Shown here: piece by piece, positions 1-7,973 of the stretch
Numbering within the stretch: the stretch's first letter is position 1
How the letters are laid out: each line of letters begins with the position of its first letter
IMG/VR virus record: IMGVR_UViG_3300026125_000013
Span: 1-32,575 of that record
Direction: 5' to 3' (one strand)
DNA: 32,575 nucleotides
From: a virus
Taxonomy: Duplodnaviria; Caudoviricetes
Notes under the pieces: model-generated
What the model saw: only the letters and a program-made list of their open reading frames with translations
What the model was told of the DNA's origin: nothing
Database searches by the model: none
Program-made: the position numbers and the translations under genes

Positions 1-126
1 TTGCGTAAGCGCGGTGTGGATCGGTGGTTTGTTGGCTCTAAATGCCATGCTGATGCCAGTGCCTTATTTAAATACCTAAAGTTTGAACAAGTAGAAATCT
101 ACTTCTCGAAATGGATCGGAGAATAA
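1..126 (+). CDS. C-terminal fragment of a probable GNAT-family acetyltransferase (5' truncated)
   Basis: Frame 1 reads LRKRGVDRWFVGSKCHADASALFKYLKFEQVEIYFSKWIGE* (TAA 124-126), resembling a GNAT C-terminus; such genes commonly precede podovirus ejection proteins; not in ORF track. Confidence 0.55.
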   Translation: MRKRGVDRWFVGSKCHADASALFKYLKFEQVEIYFSKWIGE

Positions 127-128
127 TT

Positions 129-851
129 ATGGTCGCAGCAGCAGTTATCGGAAGTGCGGTCGTCGGTGGCATAGCGTCATCAAGTGCCACTAAGAGCGCA
201 GCTAAGACAGCATCGGCAGCACAGACACAAGCCACTGAAGCGTCTGTTGAAGAGCAGCGCAGACAGTTTGATGAGATGAAAGCTCTACTCGAACCCTATG
301 TCACTGCAGGTAGTCCTGCGCTGGCACAGATGGCGGGGTACGCTGACATCGGACCGAAGGCATTAGAGGCGCAAGCTAACCTGGCTGGCCTTAACGGACC
401 CGAAGCTCAACAGGCTGCGATACAGAACATCGAGCAGTCAGAGCTGTACCAGGCGCAAGTGCGCCAGGGTGAAGAGGCATTGCTGCAGAACGCAGCAGCT
501 ACGGGTGGTCTGCGTGGTGGTAACTTGCAGGGTGCGCTCGCTCAGTACCGGCCCCAGATGTTGAGCCAAGAGATACAGAACACCTACGACCGTCTGGGTG
601 GCTTCGCCAACTTCGGTGCCGGTATGACCCAGAATCTGGCTAAACTCGGTCAGGCATCAGCAGCCGGTCAAGCAGCGCAGGGTATGGAGATGGCCTCCAA
701 CATCGGCAACCTGAACATGGCTGCTGGCGATGCGAGAGCGCAAGCTGCGCTGATGTCAGGACAGGCGAACGCCAATATGTGGGGTAATGTCGCTGGCTCT
801 GTTGGTCAGCTCGGTGTACTAGGAATGATGGGCTACGGTCCATTCGCTTAA
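129..851 (+). CDS. DNA ejection / internal virion protein (P22 gp7-like)
   Basis: Ala/Gly/Gln-rich with hydrophobic N-terminus (MVAAAVIGSAVVGG), LEPYVTAG and AAATGGLRGGN motifs; start moved to ATG 129 behind GGAG, just after the upstream stop. Confidence 0.75.
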   Translation: MVAAAVIGSAVVGGIASSSATKSAAKTASAAQTQATEASVEEQRRQFDEMKALLEPYVTAGSPALAQMAGYADIGPKALEAQANLAGLNGPEAQQAAIQNIEQSELYQAQVRQGEEALLQNAAATGGLRGGNLQGALAQYRPQMLSQEIQNTYDRLGGFANFGAGMTQNLAKLGQASAAGQAAQGMEMASNIGNLNMAAGDARAQAALMSGQANANMWGNVAGSVGQLGVLGMMGYGPFA

Positions 852-862
852 GGAGTTAAATC

Positions 863-2197
863 ATGCCAGTTAATTATTCAAATTTCCTACCCACAGCCGA
901 CCCATTGAACATGGCGATGAAGGGTGTCGAGCTGGGTAATGTCATGCTCCAGGCCGATGCTAACAAGCTGAAAAAAGAGCAGTACGAATATGCACTGGCG
1001 CAGCGCAATGCGTTCAATGCTGATGTGGCCTCGCTCGGTGATAACCCAACACCTGATCAGTATTCTGCGCTGATGCGTAAATACCCACAGATGGCTGAGA
1101 CGCTCAAGACCAACTACGACATCCTCAGCTCTGAGCAGCAACAGTACAAGCTGTCGAACGCGACTAAGATCTACGCGGCACTGAGCAGTGGTCAAAACGA
1201 TGTCGCACTGCAGATGCTCGAAGAGCAACAGCTCGCTGCTGAGAATGCGGGTAACAAGCAGATGGCCGATGAAGCTAAAGCTCTCGCTATGCTGGTGCAA
1301 AACAACCCTCAAGCAGCCAGGCTCACTGCTGGCCTATTTCTATCGACCACTGCCGGTCCAGATAAGTTCGCTGAGACTTGGCAGAAGATCAACCAGTCTC
1401 GCATCGATACGGACCTGGCTAAACCTCAACTGGATAAGGCGAAAGCTGAAGCAGCTACAGCAGCAATCGATGCTCGCTTCGCTGAATTGAAACCAGCGAT
1501 GGACGCTGCTGCAGCCGGTCTCGATATTAGCTTCATGATCGCAGATCCGAACCTGAAGAAGCTCAACACTGCGCTGGCTGTTAAGAATAAAGAGATCCAG
1601 AAGCTCGAAGCTCAGAACAGACAGAACGAAGCTGAGACGCTCAGGCTGCAAGTCGCAGAGCTACGCTTCAAGCAAGACCAAGCAGCTCAGGAGCTGTTGG
1701 ATAACGCACAGAGCGACTTGAGCAAATCCACCGATGCTGTCGCGGCAATCGAAGATGTCATCAACCTGGGTAATGTCGATGTAGGCTTTGGACGCACAGC
1801 GATCGATGCAGCGACCGGATCACTCGAAGGTATTCAACCTGCCTTCGGTGCGAATGAGGATGTCGCCAACTTCATCAATGCGCTTGATACTGTTCAGGCG
1901 CAGGTGTTCATGGATGGTGTGGCTGCGATGCGAGGCCTGGGTGCCTTGACCGGCCCTGAAGGTGAGCGCATCGAGCGATTGCTTGGTAGCTTGGATCGCA
2001 CTCAGAGCAGTGATCGCTTGATGGGTACTCTGGAGAACATACTGGAGATCTTCAAGCGTGGTCAGACTAAACTAGAATCTAAGTACGGCAACTATCAGCA
2101 AGCGGTAGAGGCGTACAACCAATCGAGAGCAACTGGCGCACAGGCGCAAGGTGTGGATGTTAGAGCACAAGCTGACGCAATCCTGCGAGGTGAATAA
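863..2197 (+). CDS. DNA ejection protein (gp20-like position), helical/coiled-coil
   Basis: 444 aa, Ala/Gln-rich helical, AAGGAG RBS, second of three consecutive ejection-type genes; contains MRGLGALTGPEGER motif. Confidence 0.65.
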   Translation: MPVNYSNFLPTADPLNMAMKGVELGNVMLQADANKLKKEQYEYALAQRNAFNADVASLGDNPTPDQYSALMRKYPQMAETLKTNYDILSSEQQQYKLSNATKIYAALSSGQNDVALQMLEEQQLAAENAGNKQMADEAKALAMLVQNNPQAARLTAGLFLSTTAGPDKFAETWQKINQSRIDTDLAKPQLDKAKAEAATAAIDARFAELKPAMDAAAAGLDISFMIADPNLKKLNTALAVKNKEIQKLEAQNRQNEAETLRLQVAELRFKQDQAAQELLDNAQSDLSKSTDAVAAIEDVINLGNVDVGFGRTAIDAATGSLEGIQPAFGANEDVANFINALDTVQAQVFMDGVAAMRGLGALTGPEGERIERLLGSLDRTQSSDRLMGTLENILEIFKRGQTKLESKYGNYQQAVEAYNQSRATGAQAQGVDVRAQADAILRGE

Positions 2198-4173
2198 TGG
2201 CTACGGCAGATGACTACGCAAAATGGCTTGTTGATAACGTAGACAAGAAAGGTACACCTCAGTTCGATACAGTCGCTCAGGCGTATGAGATGGCCAAGCA
2301 GGAGGAGGCTGCTGGGCCGGTTGAACCTGCGGGTGCGGCTCTACCTGAAGGTCCACAACCGATCGAGATGGCCGAACCGACACCGACCGAACCGACTGGA
2401 CCACAGATGTACCCAGGTCAGGTGTATGACCCATCCTCGGACATCCCTCAACTGGATGCTCAAGGTAATCTAATCACACCCCCTGGTCAGGGTGCGCCAG
2501 ACTATACGCTTGGTGAGATTAACGAAGGTGTGCGTGAGACTGGTCTCGCGCTCGCTACAGGTGCCACTGGCGGTACGGCTGGTATGATCTACGGCACTCT
2601 GACTCAGCTCGCTAAAGAGATCGCTGATGGTAAGTACGGCACTCAAGAAGCGGCTAACCGTGTGGCTAACGAAGCTGCGCGTGTTGCCAAGATGCTGACG
2701 TATGAACCCAAGACCCCTGCCGGTCAGGAGTACACTAGAGAGACTGCTGAGACACTAGAATCAGTCGCAGCACCTCTGGCTGGTCTGACTGGTGAGCTGC
2801 AGATGTTGAGCCAAGCGACTCGCCAGGCCACACAAGCAGCTCCGATACTTAGACAACAACCCCCTGGTGCGATGGCACCAGGCGCTGCTGGTGATGGTAC
2901 CGTCATCGGGGGTGCGATCGAAGCAGCTCAGAATGTCGGCAGTCGTGTGCGCAAAGGTGCTCAAGGTGCGGCTGAAGGTTTCAATGCTCGCAGACAGCAG
3001 ATCGCTCGCACCATTACTGAAGAGCCATACAACACCGAGGTGGTGGAGTATCGCTTGCAGAACGGTCGCCCGATCACTGACAACGAAGCGACTGAAGCTC
3101 TACGCCAGGGATGGGAACCTGCCGAGGTCGCTACGATCAAGGCGATGACACCCAAAGATAAGCTGGCAGCTCAGAAGATGATCAAGATCTATGAGACCAG
3201 TAAGACCGATGCGCGAGCTGGCGCTCTGGACCGTCCTGCGCAGGTGCTAGGTGAGTCTGTGACCGATCGTATTAGCTTCGTCAACGATACGCGCAAGAAG
3301 GCTGGTAAAGACCTGGAAGCGATCGCCAAGAACGATCTGAAGGGTGCTCAGGTGAATTATCAGCCAGCGATCGATAAGTTCTTAGCGAACCTCGATGAGC
3401 TGGGTGTGAAGGTCGAGCTGGACCTGGAGACAGGTATCGCGAAGTCTGACCTGCGTAATTCTGACATACAGGGTGATCGCCAGGCCAAGCGCATTATCGA
3501 TGCTGTACTTCAACGTCTGAGCGATGTTGAGCCACCGGACGCTTACGGTCTTCATACTGCGAAGCGATTCATCGATACGCAGGTCGGATGGGGTAAGCAG
3601 ACGCTGGGCAACCCACTGACGGATCAAGCTGCGCGTGTGCTTAAAGACTTGCGCACCGATCTCAACACTGTGCTGGGCGATGAGTTCCCACAGTACCGAG
3701 AAGTGAACCAGGTATATAGCGCAACGAAAACGGCACTGGATGACCTGCAGAAAGCGGCTAAAGTTAAGGTCGATCTCGATAGTCCACAGGCGAACGAAGC
3801 GTATGGTACATCGATGCGTCGAATTCTTAGCAACTATGCAACACGCGCACAGATCATCGAGGCGCTTGATCAGCTTGAATCGGTCGCTATTCAGAACGGT
3901 CTGAAGATCAATGACGATCTAATCAACCAACTGATTTTTGTGAACGCAATGGATCGTATGTTTGGCGCACCTGGTGCGATGTCGTTCAAAGGTCAGATCG
4001 AACAAGCGATCAGACCTGGACTGGAAGCTGCACAGAGAAGAGATGTCGCTGGACTAGCGATGTCGCTCGCAGAGAAGGCTTACGAACGCGCACAGGGAAT
4101 TAATGAACCTAATGCTCTGGAGGCAGTTAAAACTCTACTGAAGCGAAAGGAATCTAAACCTAATAATAAATAG
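2197..4173 (+). CDS. Large DNA ejection protein (gp16-like position)
   Basis: 658 aa, TAATG coupling to upstream gene, N-terminal ADDYAKWLVDN..KGTPQFDTVAQAY motif, Gly/Ala-rich hydrophobic patches. Confidence 0.65.
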   Translation: MATADDYAKWLVDNVDKKGTPQFDTVAQAYEMAKQEEAAGPVEPAGAALPEGPQPIEMAEPTPTEPTGPQMYPGQVYDPSSDIPQLDAQGNLITPPGQGAPDYTLGEINEGVRETGLALATGATGGTAGMIYGTLTQLAKEIADGKYGTQEAANRVANEAARVAKMLTYEPKTPAGQEYTRETAETLESVAAPLAGLTGELQMLSQATRQATQAAPILRQQPPGAMAPGAAGDGTVIGGAIEAAQNVGSRVRKGAQGAAEGFNARRQQIARTITEEPYNTEVVEYRLQNGRPITDNEATEALRQGWEPAEVATIKAMTPKDKLAAQKMIKIYETSKTDARAGALDRPAQVLGESVTDRISFVNDTRKKAGKDLEAIAKNDLKGAQVNYQPAIDKFLANLDELGVKVELDLETGIAKSDLRNSDIQGDRQAKRIIDAVLQRLSDVEPPDAYGLHTAKRFIDTQVGWGKQTLGNPLTDQAARVLKDLRTDLNTVLGDEFPQYREVNQVYSATKTALDDLQKAAKVKVDLDSPQANEAYGTSMRRILSNYATRAQIIEALDQLESVAIQNGLKINDDLINQLIFVNAMDRMFGAPGAMSFKGQIEQAIRPGLEAAQRRDVAGLAMSLAEKAYERAQGINEPNALEAVKTLLKRKESKPNNK

Positions 4174-4182
4174 GAGGCAGCA

Positions 4183-4575
4183 ATGTCTGTCGGTACTAAT
4201 ATGCCACTTGAACGATTGGATCGAATAGAGGCCAAGCTCGATAAACTATCTGATGCGGTGGTGGCTATTGCTAGGACCGAAGAGCAGCTTACTACTATAT
4301 TTTCTAAGCACCAGGCACTGGAGACGAAGGTCGATGGTCAGTCAGTGGAGATTGGTAAACTGCGCGATAAAGCGCATACCTTATCTAACAAAGTCGTTAT
4401 TGCTGAGACGTTCCATATGGAACTCAAAGACATGGACAAGGATCTGGAGAAGGTCAAGCTAGATACGCATGACAATACCCTGGTCATTGCTCGCATTGAA
4501 AAGGTGAGCTGGGCGATGTTCACAACATTGCTCGGCATTGTCGGATTTTTAATCAAAGAATATTTGTTGAGGTAG
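4183..4575 (+). CDS. Coiled-coil protein with C-terminal transmembrane helix (lysis-cassette membrane protein, XhlA/holin-like)
   Basis: RLDRIEAKLDKL heptads; TM segment VSWAMFTTLLGIVGFLI; GGAGG RBS; directly upstream of holin and lysozyme. Confidence 0.55.
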   Translation: MSVGTNMPLERLDRIEAKLDKLSDAVVAIARTEEQLTTIFSKHQALETKVDGQSVEIGKLRDKAHTLSNKVVIAETFHMELKDMDKDLEKVKLDTHDNTLVIARIEKVSWAMFTTLLGIVGFLIKEYLLR

Positions 4576-4577
4576 GT

Positions 4578-4964
4578 ATGTTCTCCGGAATTGCGACGTT
4601 TTTTGCGGGGCTATTTAGCTCTACCAAGATGCAAGACACTGCTATTGATGCCGTGAGGAAGCTGGGTGGCCTTGATGAAATGTCAGCTAAGGAGAAGTCT
4701 GAGTTCATTCTGCAATACATGGATCGCACTAAGCACCAGTCAGAAGTTAGACGCTTTATTGCTCTGGTGCTGGTTATTCTCTATAGCCTTATCGCTACTG
4801 TTTGGCTCATTAGCGGTGGTGTGGGGTATCTGGCGAGCTATACGCCTGCTCTTGAGTACGCTGGGTCTGTGAAAATCTTCTTAGAGTCAGTCGTAGTGCA
4901 GCCGTTCAATATCATTCTTAGCTTCTACTTCGTAATGAACATAGCGGGGAAACTGAAGTCATGA
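4578..4964 (+). CDS. Putative holin
   Basis: 128 aa with two clear hydrophobic helices (FIALVLVILYSLIATVWLI; VVVQPFNIILSFYFVM); ATGA overlap with lysozyme. Confidence 0.65.
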   Translation: MFSGIATFFAGLFSSTKMQDTAIDAVRKLGGLDEMSAKEKSEFILQYMDRTKHQSEVRRFIALVLVILYSLIATVWLISGGVGYLASYTPALEYAGSVKIFLESVVVQPFNIILSFYFVMNIAGKLKS

Positions 4965-5389
4965 TTAGCTCAGAGTTATTAGCGCAGCTTAAGAGGCATG
5001 AAGGCTTTCGCAGCTACCCTTACTTGTGTACGTCTGGGAAACTGTCTGTCGGCTACGGTCGCAACCTAGAAGATGTGGGGGTTACTCATGCTGAAGCTGA
5101 GTACTTGTTAAAGAATGATGTGTACGCAGCAATCAGAGAGCTAGATAAGTACCCTTGGGCGGCAGAGTTAGATCAAGTGCGCTTCGATGCGATGGTCAAC
5201 TTTATGTTCAACGTAGGCGCTAATACGTTCGCTAAGTTTAAGAAGATGATCGCAGCTATGGAAGCTCAAGACTACGGTAGAGCCAGCATGGAGATTTTGG
5301 ATAGTCGCTACGCAAAGCAGGTAGGACAGCGAGCACAGGATGTGTCTTATATGATCGAAGTTGGCGAGTATCCGCCAGGAGGTCTATAA
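4961..5389 (+). CDS. Endolysin, T4-type lysozyme (GH24)
   Basis: LKRHEGFRSYPYLCTSGKLSVGYGRNL catalytic region; MVNFMFNVG; DSRYAKQVGQRA C-terminal motif. Confidence 0.92.
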   Translation: MISSELLAQLKRHEGFRSYPYLCTSGKLSVGYGRNLEDVGVTHAEAEYLLKNDVYAAIRELDKYPWAAELDQVRFDAMVNFMFNVGANTFAKFKKMIAAMEAQDYGRASMEILDSRYAKQVGQRAQDVSYMIEVGEYPPGGL

Positions 5390-5433
5390 CTTAGTTGAGG
5401 TCAGTCTTAGCCTCTTCTTTGATTGAGAACCTT

Positions 5434-5465
5434 GCCCGCTATTTGCACCAATAGCGGGCTTTTTT
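5434..5465 (+). terminator. Rho-independent terminator ending the late/lysis operon
   Basis: GCCCGCTATT-tgcacc-AATAGCGGGC 10-bp stem followed by TTTTTT, at the convergence of + and - gene blocks. Confidence 0.9.
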
Positions 5466-5539
5466 ATGTTAGGTGGCATGGATAGTGCTTGATGCTAGGG
5501 GCAGCAGCGAGAGCCTTCCCCGCATCTACTTTAGTGCTT

Positions 5540-5737
5540 TCACAGGTGCGGGGTTTTTTGCTCTGTCATAGATTTAAGAGCCATCTCATACGCGTAGATT
5601 TTCCCGCGCATCTCTAGCGCCAGCGAGCGTAGGTGGGCCAGCTCTCTAAGGTCGTCTTCAAACTTCATCTGTTCTTCGAGGTGGTCTAAATCTAGCTTGA
5701 GGTGGGAGATGACTTGGTAGTATCGTTCTCGGAGCAT
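5540..5737 (-). CDS. Hypothetical small helical protein
   Basis: MLRERYYQVISHLKLDL... 65 aa; purine-rich RBS before ATG 5737 (track ORF extends to 5788). Confidence 0.55.
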   Translation of the reverse strand: MLRERYYQVISHLKLDLDHLEEQMKFEDDLRELAHLRSLALEMRGKIYAYEMALKSMTEQKTPHL

Positions 5738-5877
5738 CCTTTCTTCCCTTCGATTAAGACAGACTGCTCCCCATCCTTTAGGGACCACTGAGTGTATCGC
5801 TTACATTTGTTACACAGAACCATATCGACAGACGATAGGCGAACGATTTCCTTACTCTTACAAAAACGGCAATGCAA
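5692..5877 (-). CDS. Small zinc-ribbon protein
   Basis: CRFC-x15-CNKC; TTG start with AAGGGG RBS. Confidence 0.55.
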   Translation of the reverse strand: MHCRFCKSKEIVRLSSVDMVLCNKCKRYTQWSLKDGEQSVLIEGKKGCSENDTTKSSPTSS

Positions 5878-5963
5878 AGTTGCTGACCCCTTTAAGTGAC
5901 TGCGTTTAAGTATACGCCATTCTGACTTGGATCACTTAGGCTGATCAGCTCTTGCAGTATAGC

Positions 5964-6404
5964 TCAGTTCCAGACCCCTAGCTTACCGAATAGTTCACCT
6001 GCTTCCTTCTCAGAGAAAGTCTTACCTGTAGGTGACGCGACCCATGCGACACCACAGCGGTGGTGGTCAGGCACCTGCTTCATCAGCTCTAGGTGGTGAG
6101 CTTCGAGCACAGGCGCTAAGTCTTTCTGGTAGAAGCGTGAGGGTGTCGTAACCTCTACAGACTTCATGTACTCCTCACCAAGTTGATTGCGTCCGAATAC
6201 TGCCAGGTAAGCTGACCACTTATGTGGCATATTGGCACAGCTCACCAACAGGTCATTGGCCTTCACGATCTGCTCGCGCTTAACGTCTATGAAGTGGCAC
6301 CCTTCCCAGCTATCGAGATACGCGATCACTATGTCACGCAGGTGGTGCTCGGCAAACTGGGTGAAGTGCTTGGATTTATTATATTTCTTGCGCACCTTAG
6401 CCAT
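5964..6404 (-). CDS. Hypothetical phage protein
   Basis: 146 aa, basic N-terminus (MAKVRKKYNK), GAGGTG RBS, in-line with the minus-strand operon. Confidence 0.75.
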   Translation of the reverse strand: MAKVRKKYNKSKHFTQFAEHHLRDIVIAYLDSWEGCHFIDVKREQIVKANDLLVSCANMPHKWSAYLAVFGRNQLGEEYMKSVEVTTPSRFYQKDLAPVLEAHHLELMKQVPDHHRCGVAWVASPTGKTFSEKEAGELFGKLGVWN

Positions 6405-6406
6405 TG

Positions 6407-6670
6407 TTACACCTCAAACCCTTTGATCTTAAGAAACACCAGTGCTGCTGCTTTGGTCGGTGTATCGGCTATAGCGATACTGCTACCGCAAAACGCTTCC
6501 CATCCTCTTGGTACTGGGCGTATACCTATTTTTTCACGCTCTATTATGGGGCCGATGTCGTACCAGCCTTCAGTGAACGAGACCATATTCTGCTCAACCC
6601 ACAGCTTAATATTGCGAGTTTCAGGGTACTCAATCTTAGCTATCGCTAAATCAATCTCGCGATCATCCAT
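6407..6670 (-). CDS. NinX/DUF2591-like (phage ABA-sandwich) protein
   Basis: EIDLAIAK...WYDIGPIIEREKIGI...WEA...DTPTKAAALVFL pattern; TAATG coupling at 6670. Confidence 0.7.
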   Translation of the reverse strand: MDDREIDLAIAKIEYPETRNIKLWVEQNMVSFTEGWYDIGPIIEREKIGIRPVPRGWEAFCGSSIAIADTPTKAAALVFLKIKGFEV

Positions 6671-6993
6671 TACCATAACCCCACTAATTTATGCGCCTGC
6701 GGCTTGTCGTCGTAGGTGCTTTTCTTAACGTGTATCTGCTTCTGCTTGGTTCCTTTGCGCATCGCATTACGCTTCTTGTGTCGCTCATTCGGGCAGTAGC
6801 CTAAACGCTCCATCCATCGCCTGAAGGATCGCTCGCCTATACCGTACTTCTTAGCCAGGTCGGTGGCGTTGTTCTCTAGATCCTCGATATCGGCAATGAT
6901 CTCTTCTCTGCGCTTAATGAATATCTGCTCGATCTCGTGTTGGCGCTTGGCTGTTCTGGCGTTTTGTGTGGGTGGCTTCAGCATAGAGTTCAT
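6670..6993 (-). CDS. Basic helix-turn-helix DNA-binding protein
   Basis: ATDLAKKYGIGERSFRRWMERLG HTH pattern; Lys/Arg-rich tail. Confidence 0.6.
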   Translation of the reverse strand: MNSMLKPPTQNARTAKRQHEIEQIFIKRREEIIADIEDLENNATDLAKKYGIGERSFRRWMERLGYCPNERHKKRNAMRKGTKQKQIHVKKSTYDDKPQAHKLVGLW

Positions 6994-7222
6994 CCATTAT
7001 TTTTTGGTAGTGAGTTATTTGGTTCTGTGCCAGCTTCCTTGCTGGCCTGCTGTAGTGCTTTATCTCAAGCCATTTGTTGAAGTGGTAGACAGCGCGTATG
7101 ACTTCGATAATGTAGTCAGGAGAGTAGTGCGGAAAGTGCCTGCATGTTGCGACTACAGTTTCACCGTAGTTATCGCGCTGGGCGATTCCCGCGACATAAT
7201 TCACAACCTACTTGTCTCTCAT
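6914..7222 (-). pseudogene. Hypothetical gene with an in-frame amber at codon 5 (or short form starting at GTG 7204)
   Basis: GAGGAGG RBS and ATGA overlap give ATG AGA GAC AAG TAG GTT GTG AAT TAT..., in the same frame as the 96-aa track ORF. Confidence 0.5.
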
Positions 7223-7410
7223 ACATCCTCCTCTATGTTCAACCCCGCGTTTCTTAGTCGTTCAAAGAGTGATTCTTTACGCTCGGTAACAGCTCTAAGA
7301 GCGGCTGTATGGGCGATCTCTGCGATCCACTTGCTGTGCGTCTGTCCTTTAAGGAAACGATTACAGTCATCTATTAGGGACAGTACGCCTTCGAGTTCAT
7401 TCTTCGTCAT
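7219..7410 (-). CDS. Hypothetical protein
   Basis: 63 aa, AGGAGGT RBS, overlaps neighbours. Confidence 0.7.
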   Translation of the reverse strand: MTKNELEGVLSLIDDCNRFLKGQTHSKWIAEIAHTAALRAVTERKESLFERLRNAGLNIEEDV

Positions 7411-7585
7411 ACGGTACCTCCTGGTCTTCGTCTACCAAGATTAAGATAAGGTCTGCTGTCTTCTCATCGATTACGAAGGTCGTCACACCATTCTCTACGT
7501 GCCACTGTCCGTTGTCACAGAACAGGTCGATGGCCTCGCGAAAACGCATCATCATCTCGTATTCGCGTTCAGTTAATTTCATCAT
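7397..7585 (-). CDS. Hypothetical acidic protein
   Basis: MMKLTEREYEMM... 62 aa; ATGA overlap with upstream micropeptide. Confidence 0.65.
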   Translation of the reverse strand: MMKLTEREYEMMMRFREAIDLFCDNGQWHVENGVTTFVIDEKTADLILILVDEDQEVPYDEE

Positions 7586-7665
7586 CCTATACACCCTTCT
7601 AAGTAACTCGCGAGCAGTATGAAGCCTAAGACGACCGTTCCTGCGTACCAGATGCTGTCAGTCAT
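7582..7665 (-). CDS. 27-aa single-TM micropeptide
   Basis: MTDSIWYAGTVVLGFILLASYLEGCIG*; ATGA overlaps at both ends; GAGGT upstream; below ORF-track cutoff. Confidence 0.6.
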   Translation of the reverse strand: MTDSIWYAGTVVLGFILLASYLEGCIG

Positions 7666-7886
7666 AACTCAAACCTCATACGCTTAGGTTCAATAAACTC
7701 AGGTATGTTTGGAGCTGCGTGTTCTAGCTTAATTAGCGCCAGCTCCCACAAGCCTTCTGGCATAGTGCGCTCGCCTAATTCCCATGAGTAAACAGCGCGT
7801 GGGGTGCTGTAGACCAGCCTGGCAAACTGGTCACGGTTTAAGTCGTGCTTCTCGCGAAGTTTGCGGATGTTCTCGGGTGTTTTCAT
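7662..7886 (-). CDS. XRE-family HTH transcriptional regulator
   Basis: NIRKLREKHDLNRDQFARLVYSTPRAVYSWELGERTMP; GGAG RBS. Confidence 0.85.
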   Translation of the reverse strand: MKTPENIRKLREKHDLNRDQFARLVYSTPRAVYSWELGERTMPEGLWELALIKLEHAAPNIPEFIEPKRMRFEL

Positions 7887-7914
7887 GTCTGTATCTCCGT
7901 GTTGGTATGATGTA

Positions 7915-7943
7915 AATATATCTAATCACCCACTATGTGTCAA
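7915..7943 (-). promoter_or_regulatory. Strong sigma70-type promoter for the small early genes
   Basis: Minus strand TTGACA (7943-7938), 17 bp, TATATT (7920-7915); AT-rich UP-like tract upstream. Confidence 0.85.
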
Positions 7944-7973
7944 CACAAAATGTAAATTAATTTTCAAATCCCA

